Below are positions 50,335-59,459 of a stretch of DNA of 64,000 nt, piece by piece. Origin of the DNA: Candidatus Altiarchaeota archaeon (lineage in GTDB: Archaea > Altiarchaeota > Altiarchaeia > IMC4 > QMZM01); NCBI GenBank assembly GCA_038891095.1, contig JAWAEV010000002.1, forward strand, positions 1-64,000, read 5' to 3'. Position 1 is the first letter of the stretch. Each line of letters opens with the position of its first letter. The notes under the pieces are model-generated. The model saw only the letters and a program-made list of their open reading frames with translations. It was not told the DNA's origin and did not search any database. The position numbers and the translations under genes are program-made.

Positions 50335-50648
50335 AATAAACCCCTATTGTTTTATCAGATTTTTATAGCAATATAAAGTATGCTCCATGGTAGTATAGAA
50401 AAAATTGTTAAGTGAGTTGATTAATCATGGATTAACCTAAAACTGAATTAGGTGAAATCCTCTACAGTTTGGTTTTTTATGTATCTCAACAATCGATTAA
50501 CTAAGGTTAGTCTTTTTTATGAAGCAAGTTGAGTGAGATAAAAATAGTGAATTTATTTCTGATTTTAGTATTCTAATTACTAAAGAACATTACTTTAAAG
50601 TAGGGTGAGTAATTTATAACTTTAATTAAAATAAAAAATAAAATTAAT

Positions 50649-51737
50649 ATGCCGACTCTTGAAGAAAAAATTAAAGAAATTGAAGAAGAAATCAAAAGAA
50701 CGCCATATAACAAGGCATCACAGCACCATATCGGAAAATTAAAAGCAAAATTAGCTAAGCTAAGAGAAGCACTTGAAAAAGGCTCAGAAAAAGGAAAAAT
50801 TTCACATGGATTTAGTGTTAAGAAAGAGGGCGATGCAACTGTTGTTTTAGTAGGTTTACCTTCAGTTGGAAAATCCACTTTACTTAACAAATTAACAAAT
50901 GCTGAATCAAGGGTTGCAAGTTTTGATTTTACAACAATAGGTGTAATACCTGGAATAATGCATTATAATGGAGCAAAAATTCAAATTTTAGACATTCCAG
51001 GATTAATTTCAGGAGCATCAAAAGGTAGAGGTATGGGAAAGAAAATTCTTTCAGTTGCAAGAATTTCTGATTTAATTTTAATTTTAGTTGATGCATTACA
51101 AGCAGAAAAACAACTTTCAGTAATAGAGAAAGAACTTTATGGTGCTGGCATAAGAATAAATAAGAGAAAACCTGACATAACTATAAAGAGAACTTCCCAT
51201 GGCGGGATAACAATCTCAAAAATAAAAAATTCTAATCTTTCTGATGAAGAAATTAAAGGTGTTTTAAATGAGAATGGAATTTTTAATGCAGATGTCGTCA
51301 TAAGAGAAAAGGTAAACATAGATGATTTCATAGATGTTGTCATTGGAAATAGAGTTTATCTACCTGCGATAGTTGCTGTGAATAAAATTGACCTGCTAAA
51401 TGATAAAACTGATGAATTCTCTAAAAAAGGATTTATTCCAATTTCCTCACTTCAAGGTAAAAATCTAGAAAAATTAAAAGAGGAAATTTTTTTAAAATTA
51501 GAATTTATAAGAGTTTATATGAAACCTCCTGGAAAAAAAGCAGATATGGAACATCCTCTCATTATGAAAAAAGGTTCGACAGTTGCTGATATTTGCGACA
51601 GATTGCATAAAGAAATAAAAAATAAGTTTAGATATGCTTCAATCATAGGCACATCTGTAAAATTCAAAAATGAAAAAGTTGGACTTAAACATATCCTAAA
51701 TGATGGAGATATTGTGACAATATTCACACATTTATAG
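50649..51737 (+). CDS. drg: DRG/Rbg1 family GTPase with TGS domain
   Basis: TPYNKASQHHIG.LKAKLA, GLPSVGKS, FTT, DIPG, NKID. Confidence 0.93.
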   Translation: MPTLEEKIKEIEEEIKRTPYNKASQHHIGKLKAKLAKLREALEKGSEKGKISHGFSVKKEGDATVVLVGLPSVGKSTLLNKLTNAESRVASFDFTTIGVIPGIMHYNGAKIQILDIPGLISGASKGRGMGKKILSVARISDLILILVDALQAEKQLSVIEKELYGAGIRINKRKPDITIKRTSHGGITISKIKNSNLSDEEIKGVLNENGIFNADVVIREKVNIDDFIDVVIGNRVYLPAIVAVNKIDLLNDKTDEFSKKGFIPISSLQGKNLEKLKEEIFLKLEFIRVYMKPPGKKADMEHPLIMKKGSTVADICDRLHKEIKNKFRYASIIGTSVKFKNEKVGLKHILNDGDIVTIFTHL

Positions 51738-52151
51738 CTCTCTAATCTTTTCAATTATTTTACTTGTCGAATTTAGTTCTCCTGAAAAAAATTTTTTTAT
51801 CCTTATAACCTTTGCTTTCAAATTTCTTTTTTTTAATTCTTCTTCCAAAAAGGCCTCATCAATCTCTTGATTTTTACCTAAAACAATAATATCTGGCTTA
51901 ATCCTCTCTATCGGTTTAAAAATATCTTTTTCATCACCAAGAATTGCCATATCAACATATCTTATTGCTTTTATTATCTCTAAGCGCTGTTTTTCTGGAA
52001 TTATCAGGAAATCATTTTTTTTCTTTTTTACATTCTCATCTCTTGCAACTATAACAATCAGTTTATCACCTAACTTTTTCGCTTCTTTTAAAAATAGTAA
52101 ATGCCCAGGATGCAAAATTCCAAAAACACCAGTTGCTACAACTTTTTTCAT
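51732..52151 (-). CDS. ribL: FAD synthase (archaeal RibL)
   Basis: ATGVFGILHPGH, VIVARD, PEKQR, PDIIVLG, STSKII. Confidence 0.85.
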   Translation of the reverse strand: MKKVVATGVFGILHPGHLLFLKEAKKLGDKLIVIVARDENVKKKKNDFLIIPEKQRLEIIKAIRYVDMAILGDEKDIFKPIERIKPDIIVLGKNQEIDEAFLEEELKKRNLKAKVIRIKKFFSGELNSTSKIIEKIREL

Positions 52152-52396
52152 CTCTCAGAAGTCCTTCTCTTTATAACTTCATCAAGAATTTTAAGGAATT
52201 TTTCAGTTTTTTGTTCATCCAAATTTTCTTCACTTGTTTCTATTCTCAGATCATTTCCATCTGCGACAATGACTAATGATCTTATCACTGGATAGCCAAA
52301 AATTTCTTCAAGTTCTGCATTCGAATTTAAATCTTGAATAATTTTATCAAGTACATCAAGCCTTATCCTAACTCTCTCTTGGGTTTCATTTGTCAT
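52148..52396 (-). CDS. Small hypothetical protein
   Basis: 82-aa ORF with 4-bp overlap to ribL. Confidence 0.65.
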   Translation of the reverse strand: MTNETQERVRIRLDVLDKIIQDLNSNAELEEIFGYPVIRSLVIVADGNDLRIETSEENLDEQKTEKFLKILDEVIKRRTSER

Positions 52397-52445
52397 TTTA
52401 TTAAAGTTAATTTAGCTTTTATAACTAAAAATTAATTCTTCTTGA

Positions 52446-52549
52446 GATGAAACACCTTTTCTTCCTAAGAAAAGGGGTTCAATAATTTCCTAAATTTGAA
52501 TAGTTCTTTTGGGGATGAAACACCTTTTCTTCCTAAGAAAAGGGGTTCA
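52446..52549. repeat. Two identical 36-bp palindromic repeats separated by 32 bp
   Basis: GATGAAACACCTTTTCTTCCTAAGAAAAGGGGTTCA at 52446-52481 and 52514-52549; internal stem CCTTTTCTT/AAGAAAAGG. Confidence 0.92.
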
Positions 52550-54865
52550 TTCAAAGAATGATTTTATTTTTATTGGAACTTGAGTTCTTGTCAAAATTTC
52601 TCCAAATGATTCATACTTCTTAAGTTTTGGATCAGCAACAACATAGAAGTAATGATTGTATCTTTTTAGAATTTCAAGTTTTTCCTCCATTTTCTCAACA
52701 TTTTCTTTCAGTGTTGGAGAAGCAATAATTTCAATAGCAACAAGCTCGCCATTCTTAGCCTCAAATATTATATCTGGAAGCTTAGTGAAATGCATTGAAA
52801 CTTTTTCAGTGTAATTTTTAACTTCCTCAAATATTAAGTTCTGAAGGACAAAATGCTCATCACTCTCACCCGTTTCATTTTTTATTATAAACAAATCGCT
52901 TTTACCTTCCAAAGTTTCAACTCTAACTTCATTGAATTCTAACTTCTCTAAAGTTTGAATTTGTTCTGTAAGCAATTTTATTTTTCTGTGGAATGTTTGA
53001 GTTAAATCAAAGCCCAATTCAAGTTCTTTCTTAACAGCGGGTGGTTTTTCTTCATGTACTAATTCAACTAATTCATCTGGTTTTGTTGTTATAATTCTAT
53101 GCTCTTCTTTCGATGCTTGTATAAAAATCGGAACTCTCAAATTTTCAGCAATTAATAATGCATTACCTGCTGTTGCAGTTCTAAGCAAGTGCTCTTCAGC
53201 TTCATTCAAATGAAATTTTTCTGTAATCTGGCTCATAACTGTTGGATCTTGCTGTAGTAAAATTTTTGTTGCTGTGTTGCTAAGAACAGCTCTTCCTGCT
53301 CTTGAAGTTAAAACATCTTCTACATCTTGAGTTATCATAACTAAAGAAAGATTGAACTTTCTGCATGTTTTAACTAATCTAAATATATATTCGCCTTCTT
53401 CACTTGCTGAGAGCACTGTCCAAGCTTCATCAACAACTAACATCTTTCTCTTTTTTGATTTTTTCATTGAATTATAAACATATTCTAAAATTAAAAACAT
53501 TATTGCTGGCTTTCCAACATCCGGTATGTCTCTAATGTCAAATGAAATCATCCTATTGTCCAAATCTATCCTCGTCTGTTGGTTTAGAAATCTTAATGGC
53601 CCGGAAACATAGCTCTTCATTCTATTTACAATAGCCATTGCTGGTTTGTAGATAATTTCTTTTTCTGATCTTGTTAAAGGCATTACATGATCATAAAGAT
53701 CCCCTAAAGTTGGGGGTTTTTTTATCCATGTTCTTGGATCTTTTGTTATACCGACATCCTCATAAGTTCGGTCAATAGCATCATCAAGAATTGCTCTTTG
53801 ACCTTCTGTTAGCTCTCCTAATAGAACTCTGAAGAATGATAAAAGAGACAATTTTTTCTCATCCAACGTTTGGTTTGTTAAATCAAACGGATTTATAATC
53901 GTATCTGAATCCGGAGCAATTCTTATAGTTTTTCCTTTGAAAACTCTAACTAGATCAGTATATTCTGCTTGTGGATCAATTATGTTAATGTCAACATTCT
54001 CCATGAATTCTCTCATTAGCAAAAGTTTTATGCAGTAGCTTTTACCGCCACCAGAAGTGCCTAAAACGAGTATATTCGGATTACTTAACTCAAAGGGATC
54101 GATAATTATAGGAATGTTATTCAGTTGGTTAAAGCCTATAAGCACACCTGTTGTTTGATGCTCTAATGAGGTAATTGCAAATGGGAAGCATGCAGCTGCA
54201 GCTGAAGATGTTAAATCCCTTGTAACTTTTAATTCATCATTTGCTATTGGAAGAACTGACTTTAGAGCTTTTATCATCTGAAATGATGGCACTTTTGGAG
54301 TTATCATAATTGAATTCATTTTTGCTGCAATTTTTGATGCTAATTTATCCAATTTTTTTGGATCATCAGCTTTTGCATCTATGTAAAGAGACATTGCAAA
54401 CATTTTCTCTGTACCTTGTTGTATTGCCTCAAGCAATGCCTTTGTATCCTGGTGTTTTTGTATTAACGATTGTGGAACTATTTTACCTTCTGCCTTTAGG
54501 CCATAAATATCTGTCTTTTGCTTTTTTAATTCATTTTCAAGAATTTTTATCGCATGCTCTACAGGATATGGATTTATATGTATAGAAAGATCAAAGTCTA
54601 AATTCATTTCCACTAGAGTAGTGAGCCATCCTGGCTTAACAACTCTTGGATAATTTATTGCTGCTAAAACTCTATGATATTTCTCTATTTGAATGTCGTT
54701 AACATGTGTAACTATTGTTGATGGCGAAGTCAAATACTCTATTAGTTTATCTTCATAAGTCTCTGCCTCTTCCTTGCTTTTTTCAGTTATCGGTAACTTT
54801 TCTTTTTTCCCCTTACTTAAACCAAAAATATCTAAGCCAGGAATTTTCAGTGATTGCAAATTCAT
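52547..54865 (-). CDS. virB4: VirB4/TraC-like secretion ATPase with an extra C-terminal domain
   Basis: YPR....GWL N-domain, GTSGGGKS, IIDPQAEY, INPFD, VVDEAW, RKFN, ITQDVED. Confidence 0.85.
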   Translation of the reverse strand: MNLQSLKIPGLDIFGLSKGKKEKLPITEKSKEEAETYEDKLIEYLTSPSTIVTHVNDIQIEKYHRVLAAINYPRVVKPGWLTTLVEMNLDFDLSIHINPYPVEHAIKILENELKKQKTDIYGLKAEGKIVPQSLIQKHQDTKALLEAIQQGTEKMFAMSLYIDAKADDPKKLDKLASKIAAKMNSIMITPKVPSFQMIKALKSVLPIANDELKVTRDLTSSAAAACFPFAITSLEHQTTGVLIGFNQLNNIPIIIDPFELSNPNILVLGTSGGGKSYCIKLLLMREFMENVDINIIDPQAEYTDLVRVFKGKTIRIAPDSDTIINPFDLTNQTLDEKKLSLLSFFRVLLGELTEGQRAILDDAIDRTYEDVGITKDPRTWIKKPPTLGDLYDHVMPLTRSEKEIIYKPAMAIVNRMKSYVSGPLRFLNQQTRIDLDNRMISFDIRDIPDVGKPAIMFLILEYVYNSMKKSKKRKMLVVDEAWTVLSASEEGEYIFRLVKTCRKFNLSLVMITQDVEDVLTSRAGRAVLSNTATKILLQQDPTVMSQITEKFHLNEAEEHLLRTATAGNALLIAENLRVPIFIQASKEEHRIITTKPDELVELVHEEKPPAVKKELELGFDLTQTFHRKIKLLTEQIQTLEKLEFNEVRVETLEGKSDLFIIKNETGESDEHFVLQNLIFEEVKNYTEKVSMHFTKLPDIIFEAKNGELVAIEIIASPTLKENVEKMEEKLEILKRYNHYFYVVADPKLKKYESFGEILTRTQVPIKIKSFFE

Positions 54866-54866
54866 T

Positions 54867-55763
54867 TTATTTCTCTTTTTCTTCAAATTCAGGAACTCTT
54901 ATTGGTTCAGGTGTTTCTGTCCACATTTTTCTATAGAATGTTATTGGAGATAGGAACTCATCATCTATATTAAATGTCTCTGTAAAGTATGATGAATATA
55001 AAGCCAATAGTTGTTTATTATCTAATCTACTAGCAATTATGCCAGATCTTGCTAATGCTTCTATAACTGTTCTGCATCTTGTTTCCAAGCTTCTTATAAC
55101 CTCTCTTTCATCCCAGTGTCTTTTTGCCGGGATTACTATATAAAAAAGCCGATCATTAATCTTATTAGCCCTAATGTAATCATACATATACTCAGAAAAG
55201 TGCTCAAAATATGCTAAGGAAATTTTATCATCTCTCTGCAAAATTCTTCTTTTTACTGCATTCAAATAATCTGAAAGATCGAGATTTACTGACCTCATGA
55301 CAATTTGCACAGGGAAATTTAATGAATTTAGAAATTGCAGAAAACCATAAATCACAGTATCTTGATCTTCTCTTGAAAGAACGCCAAAATTAATTGGTTT
55401 TACTTTAACAACACCTAAAACCTCGCCCGTTTTTAAAAAAACAGCATCAGCTCTTATTGTTTTTATATCCATAAGTTTTCTTGCAGTTGGTGAAATCCAT
55501 GAGGCGCTTTCTCTCTCTCTCAAAAAAAATATGTAGTTCTTTATGTATTCCTCTAAATCAAACTGCACAAATCCAATGCCAATAGCACCAACAATCAAAA
55601 CAAGAAAAATTTTCAAAATAAACTCCTTATCTGAAAGACCAGAAAAGAAAAGAATATAAAGAATTATACTTAAGGTAATTAGAGCATAAATTGATTGCTT
55701 TATTGTCAATGGCCCAAAAAGCCTTTCCTCATATCTTATATCAGTTGGTATGCGATATGGCAT
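54867..55763 (-). CDS. PrgI/VirB3-like membrane protein fused to a TraC/VirB4-N-like domain
   Basis: Y.IPTDI.YEERLFGPLTIKQ, two TM helices, V.PINFG.LS..DQ..I..F..FLNSLNFPVQI. Confidence 0.78.
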   Translation of the reverse strand: MPYRIPTDIRYEERLFGPLTIKQSIYALITLSIILYILFFSGLSDKEFILKIFLVLIVGAIGIGFVQFDLEEYIKNYIFFLRERESASWISPTARKLMDIKTIRADAVFLKTGEVLGVVKVKPINFGVLSREDQDTVIYGFLQFLNSLNFPVQIVMRSVNLDLSDYLNAVKRRILQRDDKISLAYFEHFSEYMYDYIRANKINDRLFYIVIPAKRHWDEREVIRSLETRCRTVIEALARSGIIASRLDNKQLLALYSSYFTETFNIDDEFLSPITFYRKMWTETPEPIRVPEFEEKEK

Positions 55764-55902
55764 TCTAAGTCAATTCCTTTAATTAAGTATTAGAGAATAA
55801 GATAAAAAATCTTTTCGATATTTACGAACTAACTATATTTGATAAATTCTAATAAGTTTTGATAAAGGATTCGATTAACGTTTTGCTTAGAATGGTGTTT
55901 CA

Positions 55903-56313
55903 CTACCCCCCCGCACATTCATTATCGCAGCCATCGATAAAACCTCTTGGATCTCCCATTTGACCAAAACCTCCAACAACCCACCAAACTAAAAATACAG
56001 CAATGATAACAATTATCAGTCCAATAATTGCGTGCACTATAGTGCCTTTTGCAGCACCTCTTGCTGATGGATCATCACCCGAACCAATCCATTTAACACC
56101 TGCAATTAGAATAACAAGAGCTGCAATTGCAGCAGTAGCCCAGAAAATTAAATAGAAAACTCTGCAAATTAAACAAGTTAGTACGTCACCAAGTGGTGGT
56201 TGAGTAGCTTGAGCATAAACCAACCCTGCAATTAAAATTTCCATCAATAAAATTGCTGAAATTAAAAATTTCCTATCCAATTTAAATCCAAAAAAATTAT
56301 GTTTAGTTTTCAT
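55903..56313 (-). CDS. TrbC/VirB2-type pilin
   Basis: Signal peptide ending VYA; two hydrophobic helices joined by G.KWI.SGDDP..R..AK..I.HAIIGLII. Confidence 0.8.
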   Translation of the reverse strand: MKTKHNFFGFKLDRKFLISAILLMEILIAGLVYAQATQPPLGDVLTCLICRVFYLIFWATAAIAALVILIAGVKWIGSGDDPSARGAAKGTIVHAIIGLIIVIIAVFLVWWVVGGFGQMGDPRGFIDGCDNECAGG

Positions 56314-56383
56314 TTTTTTATAAATATTTTTATATAGGTATTTAAATATATAATGAACATATATAAAAACCTTTCGGTTTAAA

Positions 56384-56497
56384 ATGAAATTAAAATTAAG
56401 AGAAGATATAACTAAGAGGGAGATCTATATGTTTATAGGCTTAGTAGTTTTTCTGTTTTTGTGGCTTTGGTTTACATACACTTTTATTTTGAGATAG
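56384..56497 (+). CDS. Putative 37-aa single-pass membrane protein
   Basis: MKLKLREDITKREIYMFIGLVVFLFLWLWFTYTFILR; TATA-like ATATATAA about 20 bp upstream; below ORF-track cutoff. Confidence 0.45.
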   Translation: MKLKLREDITKREIYMFIGLVVFLFLWLWFTYTFILR

Positions 56498-56525
56498 CAT
56501 ATAGATTTTTCAAAGCAGGATAAAA

Positions 56526-57515
56526 ATGTATCAATTTATCGCAATTTTTCTTGTTTCATTTATTGTGACATTTTTATTTATGCCTTGGCTTATACCAAAG
56601 CTTAAAAGAGCAAAAATTTTTGGCAAGGATGTAAATAAGCCAGATAGCCAAGGATTTGTTAAATTTAAAAAGGAAGTTCCTGAGATGGGTGGGCTTGGAA
56701 TAATTTTTGGTTTTTCTGTCGGAGTTTTATTTGCGATAGGAATGTCAACTTTTTTCCATATTTTTGGAAGTGAATTTAATTTGAATTTTATAATGGCTGC
56801 TTTTATTACAGTTTTGCTTATGGCAATTATTGGCATTTTAGATGATCTGTTTTCAATGCATCAGGCAGTAAAAGCAATTTTGCCACTTTTTGCTGCAATG
56901 CCTTTGGTTGCAATTCGCGTTGGTGTTACAAAAATGTATTTTCCACTTCTAGGATATGTTGATTTTGGAATTTTCTACATTTTAATTTTAGTTCCAATAG
57001 CAATTACTGTTGCTTCAAATGTCACAAATATGCTTGCAGGTTTTAATGGTTTAGAAGCAGGTATGGGTTCAGTTGCTTGTATTTCATTAGCAATAATTGC
57101 ATTTAAAATTCAATCTATTAATGCATTAATTTTATTGCTTGCTATGGCTGGAGCATTGTTAGCTTTTCTGTATTATAATTGGTATCCTGCAAAAGTTCTT
57201 ATAGGTGATGTTGGGACTCTCAGCATAGGAGCAGTTATCGCATCATCTGTAATAATTGGAAATTTTGAAACTTCGGGCATAATAGTTATAATCCCATATG
57301 CAATAGATTTTTTCATAAAGGCAATGAATGGTTTTCCGAGCAAGAATTGGTGGGGTAGCTATGAGAATGGAAAGTTATACTGTAAGAATAAGCCGATTAG
57401 CTTTTGTCAATGGATAATGAAACTCTCAAATGGAATCTCTGAAAGAAATTTAACAATTCTTTTAATTTTAATTGAAGCAATTTTTGGAATAATAGCAATA
57501 TTACTCTCAAAGTAA
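56526..57515 (+). CDS. aglH: UDP-GlcNAc:dolichyl-phosphate GlcNAc-1-phosphotransferase (AglH/GPT, MraY family)
   Basis: GKDVNK, PEMGG, GILDD, NMLAGFNGLEAG, YNWYPAKVLIGDVG. Confidence 0.88.
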   Translation: MYQFIAIFLVSFIVTFLFMPWLIPKLKRAKIFGKDVNKPDSQGFVKFKKEVPEMGGLGIIFGFSVGVLFAIGMSTFFHIFGSEFNLNFIMAAFITVLLMAIIGILDDLFSMHQAVKAILPLFAAMPLVAIRVGVTKMYFPLLGYVDFGIFYILILVPIAITVASNVTNMLAGFNGLEAGMGSVACISLAIIAFKIQSINALILLLAMAGALLAFLYYNWYPAKVLIGDVGTLSIGAVIASSVIIGNFETSGIIVIIPYAIDFFIKAMNGFPSKNWWGSYENGKLYCKNKPISFCQWIMKLSNGISERNLTILLILIEAIFGIIAILLSK

Positions 57516-57516
57516 T

Positions 57517-57960
57517 TTACTTTAGTTTCAATTCAACAACTTCTATACCTGCACCTTTTAAGATTTCTAATCCTTCCTCATCAGTATAATCCCCAGAAAT
57601 TACAACTCTTTTTATACCAGAATTAACAATTAATCTTGCACAAATTTTGCATGGAAAAGCATTCACATAAAGAGTTGCTCCAAGTGCTGCCTTTCCAGCT
57701 TGAAGAAGAGCATTTTGTTCTGCATGTACTGCTGGGCATATTTCATGACCTTTTCCAGAAGGAATTTTTAGCTTATCTTTAATGCAACCAATGTCCTCAC
57801 AATGCGGAGCACCACGAATAACACCATTATAGCCAGTTGCGATTATTTCATGCTTTTCATTTACTATGACTGCTCCATATTTATGTCTAATGCATGTTGA
57901 CCTTGCTGCAACATCATTTGCAATTTTTGAAAAATATTCATCCCATGTTGGCCTTGGCAT
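57517..57960 (-). CDS. dCMP deaminase family protein
   Basis: RPTWDEYF, RSTC, TGYNG, HAEQNA, PCKIC. Confidence 0.92.
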   Translation of the reverse strand: MPRPTWDEYFSKIANDVAARSTCIRHKYGAVIVNEKHEIIATGYNGVIRGAPHCEDIGCIKDKLKIPSGKGHEICPAVHAEQNALLQAGKAALGATLYVNAFPCKICARLIVNSGIKRVVISGDYTDEEGLEILKGAGIEVVELKLK

Positions 57961-58021
57961 TTTAATAAAATTTTACTATTTAAATTTCAACTTAGATATT
58001 AATAAATCTTTAAATCTAAAA

Positions 58022-58414
58022 ATGGAAGAGATTAAGATTGCTGAATTTAAAGATTTAAAAGTTGGAAAGTATGTATTGATTGATGGGGAACCATGTAGAG
58101 TTCTTTCTACAACACATTCTAAGCCTGGAAAGCATGGTGGAGCTAAGGTAAGAGTTGATGCTATCGGCCTTTTCGATGACCAAAAAAGAGTTATTATTGG
58201 TCCAGTTAACCAAAAAATTGAAGTTCCAGTTGTGAATAAAAAAACAGCTCAAGTTCTTGTTGCAATAAAAGATAAAGCCCAACTTATGGACATGCAGAGT
58301 TATGAAACATTTGAATTGCAAATCCCTGACGAGTTAAAAGACAAATTAAGTGAAGGCATTTCAGTTATGTATCTTGAATATGGCAGCAAAAGAAGAATTT
58401 TGCAATTGGCCTAA
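58022..58414 (+). CDS. eif5a: Translation factor aIF5A
   Basis: SKPGKHGGAK hypusine motif; start at MEEIK (58022). Confidence 0.96.
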   Translation: MEEIKIAEFKDLKVGKYVLIDGEPCRVLSTTHSKPGKHGGAKVRVDAIGLFDDQKRVIIGPVNQKIEVPVVNKKTAQVLVAIKDKAQLMDMQSYETFELQIPDELKDKLSEGISVMYLEYGSKRRILQLA

Positions 58415-58836
58415 TCTTCTTTAGCTTTCTCTCCAAAGCTCTCATATATCTCCTCATATCTCTTTAACTTTAGAATTATGTAGATAAGCAAAGTTGTTAT
58501 TATTGCTAAAAGATATTCCCCAATGCCAACACATAAACCAACTGCTGAAACTGCCCACAAACTTGCAGCAGTGGTTACGCCTATAACATTTGCTCCCTGA
58601 GCGATTATAACTCCTGCCCCAAGGAATCCTACACCAGTGATAATATTAGAAGCTATTCTAGCAGGATCTTCACCAAAGGACATAGACACAATTGTTATCA
58701 AACAGGAACCTAAGCAAACTAGCATGTAAGTTCTCAAGCCTGCTGGTTTTTTCATTTTCTCTCTCTCAAATCCAATAACTGCACTGAGAATTGTTGCAAC
58801 TATAAGCCTTAATATTATATTTATGTCCGAAATCAT
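58411..58836 (-). CDS. MgtC/SapB family membrane protein
   Basis: IGFERE, AGLRTY, RIASNIITGVGFLGAG, TTAASLW. Confidence 0.92.
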   Translation of the reverse strand: MISDINIILRLIVATILSAVIGFEREKMKKPAGLRTYMLVCLGSCLITIVSMSFGEDPARIASNIITGVGFLGAGVIIAQGANVIGVTTAASLWAVSAVGLCVGIGEYLLAIITTLLIYIILKLKRYEEIYESFGEKAKED

Positions 58837-58922
58837 TCTATTAGCATATTAATTCTTTAACTAAAATATATTCAAACCAATTTATATTTAAGTAAAACAA
58901 TAATATATACACAAATAAAAAA

Positions 58923-59390
58923 ATGAAGATTGATGAGCTTGATATTGAGATACTTAAACATCTTCAAGGAAATGCAAGATTAAGCTTTAGAGAACTTGGA
59001 AGGAAACTTGGTGTGCCGCATACAACAATTTTTACAAGAGCTGAAAGATTATTAAGGAGGGGAATTATAAAGAAATTTTCAGCTATACTCCACCCACATG
59101 AGATAGGCCTTATGCAGTCTATATTGTTTATAAATGCTTCAGCAGCAGAATCAAAAGCAATAGCTGCAGAAATAGCAAAACATCCAGAAGTTAGACATGT
59201 TTTTAGAACAGTTGATGGAAAAATTATTGCAAAAGTGGTAGTTGCAAAAAAAGATAAAGGCCTTGAAGAATTCCTAATGAAGTTGGATAAGTATGATATG
59301 ACAGTCTACCCAGTGCATGAAGTGACAAAATTTGACAATGATATACCAACAGAAACATTGCGCGGCTTGGAGTTCTATAAAAATAAATAG
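58923..59390 (+). CDS. Lrp/AsnC family transcriptional regulator
   Basis: IDELD..IL..LQ.NAR.SFRELGRKLGV HTH. Confidence 0.88.
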   Translation: MKIDELDIEILKHLQGNARLSFRELGRKLGVPHTTIFTRAERLLRRGIIKKFSAILHPHEIGLMQSILFINASAAESKAIAAEIAKHPEVRHVFRTVDGKIIAKVVVAKKDKGLEEFLMKLDKYDMTVYPVHEVTKFDNDIPTETLRGLEFYKNK

Positions 59391-59459
59391 ATGTCTATTG
59401 CTTTCCGTTTTCTAATTTTCTAAAGCTTTATTAATTGTTCATTCTGGTAGACAGAGGTA

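Noticed and set aside
50221-50480. Replication origin with ORB elements (TCCAGGAATGAAAT and similar)
   Set aside because: Spacing does not fit the TCCA-N3-GAAA core, the motif is not repeated, and no cdc6/orc1 is adjacent.
52446-52549. Bona fide CRISPR array
   Set aside because: Only two repeats, no cas genes or leader recognised, and flanks are partly similar between copies. Kept as a repeat, not called CRISPR.
41531-56313. Integrated mobile element using tRNA-Trp as attachment site and carrying the VirB genes
   Set aside because: No duplicated tRNA 3' end or integrase seen; the intervening genes are core housekeeping genes.
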